A stretch of 61,718 nucleotides of DNA, the filler included, from Globobulimina sp. (Eukaryota), in NCBI GenBank assembly GCA_003354225.1. It is 24 parts of 24 records of this genome, joined end to end, with 100 filler letters (N's around TTAATTAATTAA, not from the genome) between each part and the next. Parts side by side here need not be neighbours in the genome. Positions count along the whole stretch, not along the records: positions 46,374 to 48,848 come from PIVH01006468.1; positions 48,949 to 51,422 come from PIVH01006469.1; positions 51,523 to 53,996 come from PIVH01006470.1; positions 54,097 to 56,570 come from PIVH01006471.1; positions 56,671 to 59,144 come from PIVH01006472.1; positions 59,245 to 61,718 come from PIVH01006473.1; 18 more parts are not named here. One strand, given 5' to 3'. The number at the start of each line of letters is the position of its first letter. The first letter of the stretch is position 1. The notes beneath the pieces were generated by a model that did no database searches, had not been told where the DNA came from, and worked only from the letters and a program-made list of their open reading frames with translations. This document shows, in pieces, positions 46,274 to 60,417 of this stretch. Position numbers and translations under genes: made by a program.

Positions 46274-46539
46274 NNNNNNNNNNNNNNNNNNNNNNNNNNN
46301 NNNNNNNNNNNNNNNNNTTAATTAATTAANNNNNNNNNNNNNNNNNNNNNNNNNNNNNNNNNNNNNNNNNNNNCATTGTTTAAAATGACTGCGAAAAAAG
46401 TCCAAGTTTTACGAATATTACAAAACAATATATAAGACATTGTTCAACAAAACACACTATACCCAATATTGTTTTGATATGCACAAAAATGAAATTATCA
46501 AACAAAAATAAATCAAAATATATAGACAACAAAGATAAG

Positions 46540-48848
<2,309 letters not shown>

Positions 48849-49697
48849 NNNNNNNNNNNNNNNNNNNNNNNNNNNNNNNNNNNNNNNNNNNNTTAATTAA
48901 TTAANNNNNNNNNNNNNNNNNNNNNNNNNNNNNNNNNNNNNNNNNNNNATTGTGGTGATTTTTTACCCGATTTAACTGTTGTTGTGTTGCGAGAGAAACC
49001 ATTTAATATCACACATTTTGGACATCGTAGGGATTTGGCAAAGCATTTTAAATCACTTCGCATTCCTAACAATAATATGGATAATGAAGGCGATATCACT
49101 CAATATCACGCTCATTAAAAAAACATTTTTACTTTTTTTTGTTTGTTGGAGATTTCCCCAAAATTCTGATCCGAAACCATGACAGCGCCAACCACTGAAT
49201 TGACTGAAATTGATAGATTAAAAACAGTTATATTTGTTTATTCTTTATTATTATTTTCAAGGAGAAGGGGGTTGCATCCTCATATTACCAACGACATGAT
49301 AACCAAAACAAGTAAATATTAATACATTTGCGAATTATCATGTCTTATAAATCTTATATACAACACAGAAAAAGGAACAACAAACACAACAAAGGAACAA
49401 CTTATATACAACAATATCACACAACAAACACAACAATATCATGTCCTGGCCCATCCTGCTTCTTATTTATCCGCTTGCATTTACTATCTTGATCTATTTA
49501 TATTGAATACCAACGATCCATGTTTGTCGACTTTAATTTCTCTTTTTCTCGCCGCGCATGATCGACGTTGCAGCATTTAAATTTGTTGAATCGAAATACA
49601 AATGAAACTACAATTTATCAATTTAAAAATGACATCAATGTATCAAATAACAATGTGTGTAATGTATAATGTATCAAAATCATTTGAATATCATCGC

Positions 49698-51422
49698 TTA
49701 TTCTTCTTTAACCACTTTAATATCTTCAACCTCATTCCCATCCTTATCCTCATCCCCATCCTCATTGCAATTGCTTTGTCCTTTACCATGCTTATCTTTG
49801 TCGTGTTTATCTTTCTGTTTCACGTACTTTTTCACCAATTTCTCAATATACATTTGATTCCGATTCGATTCTAAAAACATTGTCGCAGTCTCGACATTAT
49901 ATTTACTCTTCTTTTCTTTATATCGATCCTGTACTCTCTGACTGCATTTCTTTACCGTTGCTTTATATTTCTTTGATTCTGATAAATATTTTTCTTTATA
50001 CTTCCGGAACTCAATAGACACCGCATCGAATATCCTCATCATTGCCTTTGCCTCTCTCTGTTTCCGTTTCTTTTCCTTTCGCTCTCTCTCTTTCTCTCTC
50101 TCTCTCTGTCTCCGTTGCCGTTTTTCCCTCTCTCTCTTCTCGCGCTTCTTCTTCCCGCTCGAACTCGAACGCGCTCTCCGATGCTTCTTCGCTTTCCTCT
50201 CTTTCTGCTGCACCACGCCCACAATCAAACATTCATTCTCTACGTTGCTCGCATTGCTAACTAACGGCGAGTTGAATGGCGATATATCGGGTGGCGCAAT
50301 CACCGATTTCTTCTCCTTAATGTGCGTCGACTCTGTCTCTACGGCAATGACCGATTCTTTTTCAACTTTACTTCCCGCCATTTCTTCCGTACTTTGCTGC
50401 TTTTTCGCCGAATTGCGGTGCTCTGTACACGTGTTATTTGCGTGCTGCTCATACTGCGGCTTGTCAGGAGTGACATTATTGAGAGTTTTGGAGCCATTCA
50501 ATGCTTTATCAGTACCAATATGATCAGTGCTCGTCGCAATAGCTGCTTGCGCACCATTTACAAACATTGGGTGACGGGACGGCAGTAATGGTGCTAGAAA
50601 AGGATAAAAATATCAATAATGTTCACTCTCTGCAGGGTATATATATAACAACAAACCTCCGTTTATATACGGCGCAAAGTGTGCTATATGGTGAGGCGAA
50701 GGGTGCGTGGCATGGGGATGAGGCGCAGTGTACGGCGCTATGAACGATGTGGGATACGCATGAGGCATATACGGTGGTGGCGGTCCATGCGGATAGGCCC
50801 CGACGGGATGACCAAACGAGACACCATGGCCATGGCCATGCGCATTGCGCGTCTCGTACCGGTCGTATCTGTACGGTCCATATTGCTGCGCTTTCTTCAA
50901 TTGCTCCTATAATACGGCGCAAATTAAACAAACGCACTGGGAAATAGAAGGGAGACAACATACGAGTTCATGGAACAGGTCGTCCGGATACCGTTTGCTC
51001 TCAAGCTTCAATGTCCAGTTTTTGTTGCTTTCGACTTGATTGAGTTCAATGGTACGGTAATCCTCACACAATTTCGCGATCTGATTAATATGCTTCCGAT
51101 CGTGGATAAAGATCTGTGTGATGTCGTAATAATTGTTCTCTTTCCTTATCCCATTGATAGTGCACTCCGTCCTTTGTTTGAACTGCATAAAACCGATAAT
51201 TTGGCCGCTTTTGAAGTCCTCATACAAAATGAATTTAACTTCGTCGTCTTGGATCCATAGACCAGTCAAGTTATCGTTGTCTCGCTCTCGCTCTCTCTCC
51301 CTCTCCTCTCTGTATTTGTATTTATAACTCCTCTCTCGATCCCGATGTCTGCGATTCTCTCTCTCCCGTTCATAAGAAGAGCTATATCTCACTTTCTGCG
51401 CTGATTTGTTAGAACCGCGATC
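49698..51422 (-). CDS. RE/RS-, Pro/His- and Lys-rich hypothetical protein; introns 50907-50963 and 50594-50656
   Basis: Two GT-AG introns (57 and 63 nt) join ORFs 50907-51392, 50613-50900 and 49698-50567 in frame. Confidence 0.7.
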
Positions 51423-51689
51423 NNNNNNNNNNNNNNNNNNNNNNNNNNNNNNNNNNNNNNNNNNNNTTAATTAATTAANNNNNNNNNNNNNNNNNNNNNN
51501 NNNNNNNNNNNNNNNNNNNNNNTGTTATTTCTTATTGTACACATTCTAAATATATACACATAGAAATGTACGTACAGTTAACAATAATACCCATTTAGAA
51601 CAATTTTGTGCATATTATTTTAGAATGTGGACAATAAGAGATGCATGAACCACTGTACACGAACACGAATGTATACTCATTTCAGGGCG

Positions 51690-53996
51690 ATGCAATATGC
51701 CGCATTTATATATTTAAAAGAAAAGATGGGAGTTTCTGTGTCTTGGTATCCAGAAATGAATGAAACAGATCCAGAGATATTGTTCTATTACGACTACGAA
51801 GACAGAGACAAATATCCTATTTTTTATTGGAGTTGGATTGACCGAAACAACTACGACATGTTGGTTGAAATGTGGCCGGTGGCCGCATATATGGCAAATC
51901 AATACTATGCAAATGATACTGTTCTCTATGTGGGGACTCCCGGAGATGCCGTATATGGCGAAATGGGATGGTTTGTTTGTTTACCCGCAAAAAAATATTT
52001 GTTTACAATGGTTACAATACAAACCCAATATTTGTTTTTTTCAATAGGTTTGTTCCTCAATATATGGCGGATGAGAATCTTTTGGCGACGTCGCCGTATC
52101 ATTTAGACTCAAATGAGACATTAAAACAAATGTTAATTGAATCGTACACAAATTTATCAGACATTGATTGGGTTCAATATTACAATGAAAATGTATGGGA
52201 TGAAGATGATGAATGGAATATATATGACAAAGCAACTTATGATAAGCCAATAATATGGGGGTCGTCTCCATTGTATTTTACATCCATTTATTCACATAAG
52301 TTAACACAAAATATGTTCGACGGAAAGGGCATTGATTTTACTTTTATTCCTGTTGGAACAGAAAAAAAATTATCTCAATTCATCGATGATTTATACTCGA
52401 AACAATTACCGTTCATTGTCAACAATTACAGTCCAAGTATTGATTTTGCATTAAATTCGGGATTTGAACGGGTTTCAAATCCGCGCAATCCATCCAATGC
52501 AGTTCGTGATGAATGTTATGAAAAGGCGGAATGTGCACAACCTATTCAATTGCTATTCAAATTAGCCAATCCTAGATTATCTACACAGTTTCCAGAGATT
52601 TTGAAGTATGTCGAATCATTTCAAATGATATCGACCGACGTTAATCATATATTGCAGACTCAGCATACGTTACTTACAAATAATGCAACGTTGACATTGG
52701 ATGAAACGTGGATGATGGCAGCATGTGAATGGCTAAAGGCATACACGCATGTTACAGATACTTGGCATGTCGATATTGTTCGCTATGACTGCCCCGATGG
52801 AATATCAACGAATGAATGTAATATCATAGTAATGAATGATGGCACCACTTCCATAATATTATTGAGTTTGGGCGGAATTGTTGGTTTAATCATACTCATC
52901 ATTGTAATTTATAAAATGATTGCTTTTTGCAAAGAGTTTCAACGAAAGTACGGTGCATTCGAAGGTGATGCGAATGATTTACATTCACAAAAGTTAAAAA
53001 AACAAAAACGTCGTTTACTGACATCAATATTTTCCGATTGTTACGCCTTTATATTGAGCACTGTTGATGTCGCCACTGATATTTTTTCGTCAGTGATTAT
53101 TATCGATACATATAAAGAAGATAATAAGCGGTATTCCAAAACGTTTGTAATATGCTATTTTGCACTGACTGTTCTCATTTCATTTGTCTCTGCCATTCAT
53201 ATCTTTATTATATGGAAGAATATATTTGTGGCATACAACGAATTTCGACGTGGGGTTTTATACAAAGAAGGCGGCGTTGCAATGAATTTAATTAAACGTC
53301 ATTTGCATGCTCCAATGACAGCCACTGCAGAAAGGACCGAAATTATTGCGAAAGGATTCCGGGAGATACAAGAGTTGGAATTTAGAAAACATGTTTTAAC
53401 GCGAAAAATTCAGGGCGATTCAGTGACGATTGCTGTAGCATTTTGTGAGGATTTGCCATTTTTAGGGCTCAATTTATTTGCTATAGTGTCAAATTCGAAT
53501 AATACGTGTGCCGCAATCAACGGATATTTAATGGCATCATTGCTTATTAACTGTTTAAGTTTTGGGTATAAAATGTGTATTGCTAAGGCATTTTTTGGTA
53601 ATCTGTTTGAAAGAAATTCATTAAATCAATTGATAGCAACAAAGAAGTTCATTAAATCGCAGCGTATTTTGATTGCACAAAAGACACAGTTGCTGTTAAC
53701 ACCTGATATCGATGACACTGATGATTGTTATGATGGGATTGAAATGAAAACGGAAAGATATATGCCAAAAGATATTGATTCAATGCCAGAATTAAAAGAA
53801 ATGGAAGAAATGGATATTGATTCAATGGAAAAACCGGAACCACTCCGTATTGCGTTCAGCTTTCGTAAATCATCGCGTAGTGACAGTTCTTCATTGAGTA
53901 AACAAAGGGACACTGACACAGATAATCAACAAATCGGTACAGATAATCAACAAAATGAACAAATTGGTACGCAATTGGAAGGAATATTGAATGTTG
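51690..53996 (+). CDS. Membrane protein with an extracellular OpuAC/glycine-betaine-binding-like domain and a multipass C-terminal region; intron 51971-52047
   Basis: YLKEKMG..DMLVEMW..spliced GEMGWFVPQY..KQLPFIVNNYSP..LFKLANPRLSTQFPEI..AACEWLK..W, then a TM helix and STVDVATD..FCEDLPFL..SFGYK. Confidence 0.7.
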
Positions 53997-54097
53997 NNNN
54001 NNNNNNNNNNNNNNNNNNNNNNNNNNNNNNNNNNNNNNNNTTAATTAATTAANNNNNNNNNNNNNNNNNNNNNNNNNNNNNNNNNNNNNNNNNNNNA

Positions 54098-54220
54098 GTT
54101 ACAGGGTTACGTGTTGTTGATGCGTCCATATGGCCATATTCCACTAATGCTGGTCCTATGGCGTTGGTATTTATGTTGGGTGAGAAATGTGCGCAACATA
54201 TTATTCAACATAGTCATTAA
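54098..54220 (+). CDS. GMC oxidoreductase, C-terminal fragment (not in the ORF track)
   Basis: Manual translation VTGLRVVDASIWPYSTNAGPMALVFMLGEKCAQHI. Confidence 0.85.
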   Translation, partial: VTGLRVVDASIWPYSTNAGPMALVFMLGEKCAQHIIQHSH

Positions 54221-54359
54221 ATTTGATTTTACTTTTACTTTCTTAAAGAATTTATTCTTTCATTTAATTTTATTCTTTAATTTTACTGTTTGTCTCAGTT
54301 TGTAGTTATACATTATAAAGATGTCGGATTTCTAGCTGAAAAACGTCATTCACAACTAA

Positions 54360-54620
54360 ATGGCAACGCTTTTAGGCATAGGTTGTGTGATTATAATCAC
54401 AGCAGTCGCAAAACCAAATTGCACCACGACATCATCATTATTCGGCTCAACGATTGAAAATGGCTACAACGACGTCACAATCGATTTGTCAGCATTGCCC
54501 AGTAACATTCCACATTCATTTCTTCGATTCAGTACATGCTCAAACGCTACAAATTTCGACACATACTTGTATTTATACAATGAAGACCAAACCAATATCA
54601 TCGACCAATGTGATGGATGA
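54360..54620 (+). pseudogene. Signal-peptide-bearing fragment of a secreted protein, broken by a frameshift/stop
   Basis: Hydrophobic N-terminus; FSTCSNATNFDTYLYLY..DQCDG followed by a stop. Confidence 0.4.
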
Positions 54621-55175
54621 TTATTGTAGTATTATTCAGACAGCGCCATGCATGAAAAACGATAAATTATTTGTCAGAAACATTGCCGTATATTCCTCAT
54701 CGTTGATGGCAGCAACACCTTGAACTGCATATATATGCGATCACAAAAACCTTAGGTGTCCATTATTGGACTCCATGGAACACTCAAATGCGTGCAGTGA
54801 TATTTTTGATGAGATGGAGAATTACTATCTATCCACAAGTTATCTCGATGCATATTTAACTTTGTGTTATTTTCCTAGAAATGTTAAACAAATGGTGGTA
54901 CGTTATGATTTAGTATGCGGCTCTGTTGTTGATGACTGTAAATATGTCAATACGTTCACTGCCTCTGACCATAGCTGGGGCGCTGAAACATGGATAAAAT
55001 TTGTCTTATCCATCAGAGATTGCATATATGCTATCTAGTTCAAAAACGGATCAGTAAACATAAAAAAAAGGGCATACTTGATACTATATTATTAAAACAA
55101 GCATGCAAAAATTAAAAGAGAAAAAAATAAAAATAGATATTGTACATATGTATAGATACTAGTAAGTCGAATAAA

Positions 55176-56570
55176 TTATATATGCTCTGCAGATGTAATT
55201 TCATTACTTGTATTTACAGCAAGTTCTACTTCACGAGTCTCATATATGGCAGTGTTTGTTTTATGTATCTCTTCTTTATCAATACTGTCATTTTTATTTG
55301 CGAGTAATATAATTTCGGTGTCAAACATTGCTGCCATTTGTAAATGAAGAATAGTCACAATAAGCTCACAGATAATCAATCCTAATATTTCTGGATAAAA
55401 AATTCTATCCTCTTCACGAATAGTTTCGGCAGTTAATATTACCACTTGCCACAGTAAACAAATAACAGTAATAATGACAGACAAAATAACTCTTAACAAC
55501 CTTTCATGTTTAGCAACTTCGAATTCAATTTTGGCGACGCCAGTAGTTCCTAACGCTCCTAATAATAAATACGATGAAGACACCAGGGATAAAACAATAT
55601 GCCTGGGGTTGAATCCTAATGCATAGAATTCTAAAACAATATTGACAACAAGCAAAATAACAGCAGCTAAATAAAATACAAAATCGCCAGACCCAAGATG
55701 TCCACCATGATATTTATCAATTAATACAGATAACGCTATATTTGGTATAATACGATAAAGGAAATCTGTTACAATGTATAGCCACGATATCCATGTCACC
55801 CATTTTTTCTTTATCATTTTTTCTTCGTCACCGTTTTGTATCAAATGATACAATGAGTCAGTCACATTTGCGAATGATGTTGCCAATGAAAAGAGTAATG
55901 TCTGATTAAATTGGTTAAATACGGTAGCTATATACAGTTGGAGTGCCACACTATTTACCGACTCCCATACCATTTCATTGATTTTTAATGTTTGCATTAC
56001 TGTTTCTTTATTATTCAATCTATCATTCGATAATTCGGAGTCATTTGCTTCGTTTTCTTCGTTGCTTATTGTTAAGCCATATTTAATTCGGCCAGCAATT
56101 GCAGTAAATACAAAACCTACGATATCCCATTCTTTTGGCTCTCCCAATGCTTTGCTTTGAAAAATACCATATTCATCAATTGCGCCGACAAGTTGTCCCA
56201 TCAAAATAAAAACTATTTGCAATATTGCCCAAGGAAAAGAAACGCGCGAACCCCACCATAAAAGAATAAGATTAATGTCTGTAAATGCGTCATATAAACT
56301 TACTGCTAATCCAACGAACGGCACTAATAATTTATTCAATCTCTCTTCATCTGAGACACCCAAAAAAATTAATAATGTTGGCATTCCTGCGAATACGACT
56401 GCCCAGGTCTGAGTATAACCACTATGTATCAACATAACAGCACTCACAATCATGTATACAATCCAAAAGCCTACGAATGTAACCATACCAACACTAATGC
56501 AGCAAACAACAGAGATGCTCATTGCTGCAATAAAATTAATGTATAAATCTTTCCATGAGTTATCTGCATG
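55176..56570 (-). CDS. Multipass membrane protein, XK-related-like (5' truncated)
   Basis: About 10 hydrophobic helices; YDAFTDINL..W and EMVWESVNSVALQLY parallel the XK D..TD and E..ES....LQ motifs. Confidence 0.6.
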   Translation of the reverse strand, partial: HADNSWKDLYINFIAAMSISVVCCISVGMVTFVGFWIVYMIVSAVMLIHSGYTQTWAVVFAGMPTLLIFLGVSDEERLNKLLVPFVGLAVSLYDAFTDINLILLWWGSRVSFPWAILQIVFILMGQLVGAIDEYGIFQSKALGEPKEWDIVGFVFTAIAGRIKYGLTISNEENEANDSELSNDRLNNKETVMQTLKINEMVWESVNSVALQLYIATVFNQFNQTLLFSLATSFANVTDSLYHLIQNGDEEKMIKKKWVTWISWLYIVTDFLYRIIPNIALSVLIDKYHGGHLGSGDFVFYLAAVILLVVNIVLEFYALGFNPRHIVLSLVSSSYLLLGALGTTGVAKIEFEVAKHERLLRVILSVIITVICLLWQVVILTAETIREEDRIFYPEILGLIICELIVTILHLQMAAMFDTEIILLANKNDSIDKEEIHKTNTAIYETREVELAVNTSNEITSAEHI

Positions 56571-56804
56571 NNNNNNNNNNNNNNNNNNNNNNNNNNNNNN
56601 NNNNNNNNNNNNNNTTAATTAATTAANNNNNNNNNNNNNNNNNNNNNNNNNNNNNNNNNNNNNNNNNNNNACTCTAGCTAACCAAACTAAGCCAAAAAAG
56701 TTAATTGTTGATTATAATATATAATTATACGTTTTCAAACACAATTTTGAAATTCGAACCACTTTATAATAAGGTCAAAAGAAATGTCAAAGTACTTAAA
56801 TAAG

Positions 56805-58988
56805 TTAAATTCTTTGTAATATCAGACAATGTGTTAAAACGTGTTTATACGATCTATCCGTTTCTTTGCTAACCGATTCAACATCAATCTCTTCATTTAA
56901 TTTCCAATTTATTCTGTTATTATTACTATTTGTTGATAATAACAATATTTTTAGTGCATTTCGAGTGTATATTGCTTTATTCTCTTTATCATATTTGCCA
57001 CCAATCCAATTTACTTTTGCTGTATGTTTTTGGTTCCATGAATATTTATCACATAAAACAAACGTTGCTCCGATATTCGTCCTTTCATGGATCATATTCA
57101 AAAATAACAATGGATTCGATAAATGATGAATTATATTTGATGCAATCACTAAATCAAATCCATTCAATTTTTTATCCATATTTTGTGCATCATTTTGTAT
57201 AAAATATACTTTTTTCATTAACTCATCATTGTAACATAATTCGTCTGCTGTTACTTTATAATGTTTCTTTATATCACCCTCTTGTTTTAAATCCCATTCT
57301 AAAAATTTATTCTCCTGCATTCTGTAACCAACACCAATTAAACGAGCAGTAACGTCTAAGCCAACAACATTATCAAATTCTTTTGCTAATTCAAATGCTG
57401 TTCGGCCGGGACCACATCCAACATCCATAGCTTTCCTTCTCATAGATTTATTGCTATATTCCATAGCAATTTCAGCTATTCGTTTGGGGTAATTTTCAAT
57501 TCCGAAATATGCTTCATCCCAAAAATGAAAATGCGACAAAACATTGACAAAACATTGGCTGTTATGATCAATATCTGCCAATGAATCTAAATACGTCAAA
57601 TCCCGCTCAGATTCAACATACCGAATGCCCTAAAAATGCAACCAAAAAAACAAAAAAAGTATACCATATATAATATATCTGACACTTAACAGCAAACTGA
57701 AAAAAATGACGTCTAAATTGATACCGCGATAACCGCATTGCTTGATTCCCTGTGGAGACCCACGAACCACCTTTAATGATATTATGGTGCGGACCAAAAC
57801 ATGGCGCAGTAAAATCATCATACAATGGATGCACTTCAAAATCAGCAAATGGATGTTGTGGCGTCAACGTATGCTGCCAAACATTGCCAATAATATCATA
57901 AAAACCGGTGGACCCAAATTCAAACATATCAACGGGGCATTCAGATGCAAAATATTCTAAATTTGTGTTCCCCGGAGCCATATCCCAATCCATCACATCA
58001 ATATCTCCAAATTCACCCAATTGGCGCAACACATGCCATTCATCCTCAGTTAATAAACGGATTGATTTATTTAATTTGCTTGACTTCCAAGCAGTGAATG
58101 CTAGACCTTCCAAATGGTTGGTAATCACCGGCCAGTCCCATGGCAATTCAATTTCATTTAACATATTCCTCAGATACCATTTTCCCTCTTTTTTGAGCCA
58201 GAATTTTGGTGCGATTGTTTTTGTCGACTGTACCCATTGCCAGCCTTCCTCGGACCAATATTTTCTATCTAAATATCCACCATCTACGACAAATTCATAA
58301 TATTCTTCGTTGGATACTAAATAACGGGACGCCTTGAAATCCATTACATCGATACCCATTTCACCAAATTCATTATCCCATCCATACACGGACAGATTAC
58401 GAGAAAAATCGTTAATTCTTCGACCATAAGATACATGTTTGCCTTTTTATGAATAAACAGTTATGTTTGCAAAACGGAAAAAAGTGTAATACCTTTAACT
58501 GGCACCAATCCATTGGTGGGAGCACGAGCAGAAGTTGCTAAGTCACCAAATATACCAACTTTACATATATTATCCCAAACAGCGGATATATTCTCAACAA
58601 ATACAGAAATTGGTAATTGTCGAAACAAGACAGAAGAGGTTTCAATATGAATTCGTTCATGTTCGATGCCCATCAAAATTGTATAAAAGATAGAATTCCA
58701 TTTAATGGGTAAGGATAAAGTCGAGGTATCAATGATATTTAATACAATCTCTCTGATTTCTGCTCTATATTTAAATATATGAGCTGGAGGAGGCCAATCG
58801 TCTCTATCTTGCAATTTGTCGTCCCAGCTCATCTCATCCACTCCCACAGCAAATAGTGATTCAAAATCACCATTATGTGGCTCACTGATTGCACCCGACA
58901 CTCTGAGTTTATTCACGTAGAAAGCAGCCGAATGAGCTGCATACCAACATACTGGATGTCGCAATGGATCTGCTCTATTCCAAAAGTA
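56805..58988 (-). CDS. ovoA: Ovothiol biosynthesis enzyme OvoA (DinB-like + FGE-sulfatase-like + SAM methyltransferase); introns 58443-58492 and 57630-57690; 5' exons missing
   Basis: DPLRHPVCWY..H..FYVNKL, GVDEMSWDD, EHERIHIET (Fe ligands), YGWDNEFG, spliced RRHFFQFAGIRYVES, DVGCGPGR. Confidence 0.95.
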
Positions 58989-59415
58989 CTAAAAAACAAA
59001 TAAATAAGAAAGGGCAATAAATTAATTAGAAACGGAAATGAGAACAACGCGTTTAATTTATCACAGATGTTTCAGGTTTGTAGGTATGACAAAATCAGAT
59101 AACCTACAAACCTCTAAACATAAAAAAACATGAAACCTAAAACCNNNNNNNNNNNNNNNNNNNNNNNNNNNNNNNNNNNNNNNNNNNNTTAATTAATTAA
59201 NNNNNNNNNNNNNNNNNNNNNNNNNNNNNNNNNNNNNNNNNNNNTGATAATTTTTCTAAAATGGATAAACTCCATACGGGTTGCAGTCGAATTTTTATCT
59301 ATACAAAAAATCAATGATGGGAAATCTGGAAAAACCGGAATAATAATTATCTCGCATACTGTACTGAAATCAATATCGGAATAGCTGGGAATACCGGAAT
59401 TACGTCAATAGGTTT

Positions 59416-60363
59416 TCAGTTTTTGTTTCTTAATTTCCAATTACTCAGCCATTCATAATATGCAGTATCTGTTCCTAATAACCAATCTTGAAAGTGACCT
59501 CCATAATTTCCAATATTTTTTGTATGATGGAAATCATGATACAGCGCAATATCAGCAAAAGTACAGCCAATTTTATGCATAAATGTTCCGTGAAATGAAT
59601 ATCCAGAATGTGTCTATCGTAAAATTAAAATTATCACAAAAACAAGAATACAGAGTACACAGCAAACCTCATAGGTTTCCCAAAGTCTCCAAAATAAATA
59701 TACATGAAATACCAATGCGGGAGCTCCAGTATGCAAACACCCAGCAAGTGTCGGATAAAAATTAGCAAATAAAGCTTCAATCGGATGGGCATATTCTGCT
59801 GCAAAGCCAATGGTGCCTTTATATTCATGATGTTGTTTATGAATAATGCCATATAATTTGGGATGGTGCACCAAACGATGAACGATATAAAATAACCATT
59901 CCATCAATTCCTGGGAGAAAGCTATGATACCAAACACGTACAGAAATGACGGGGGTTCATCCAATCGCAATTTACATCCATACGAATTAAGTAATGGCCA
60001 AAGAATGAAAATAACTCCGAGCGGTTCAATAATTAATTGAGAAAAGGCAGCCTTTGTGATGGTGCTATAAAATAATTCATTTGATACTTTTTGAGATTCC
60101 AATCGTGGAATTTTATATTGCTCGAATATTTTGTTTCGTTCGCAATACAGAAAAAAGCCATTGGTACACCAATATTGTATGATATGATGGACACAAAGAC
60201 AGAGAGTAAATATATATGTGTCATTCATGGCTGAATATGATGCTAATTTGTCGTAAAGTGCATTGTAATATGGGTGAACAATGAAATATAAGATGGTGCA
60301 AGCTAATGACCCGCGTGTTATATGTTTGATGTGATCAATTACAATATTCGAACCAGTTGCCAT
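59416..60363 (-). CDS. Fatty-acid hydroxylase / sterol C4-methyl-oxidase-family protein; intron 59614-59667
   Basis: His boxes HRLVH, HKQHH, spliced YETHSGY and HDFHH; AEYAHPIE; DWLLGTD. Confidence 0.92.
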
Positions 60364-60417
60364 GCTCTGTGTTTCTGAAAACACTTTTGGTGTAGTTACT
60401 ATCTGACACCTTCGTAA

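Noticed and set aside
50040-50230. (CT)n microsatellite
   Set aside because: It is the reverse complement of an Arg-Glu (RE) coding tract within the minus-strand gene
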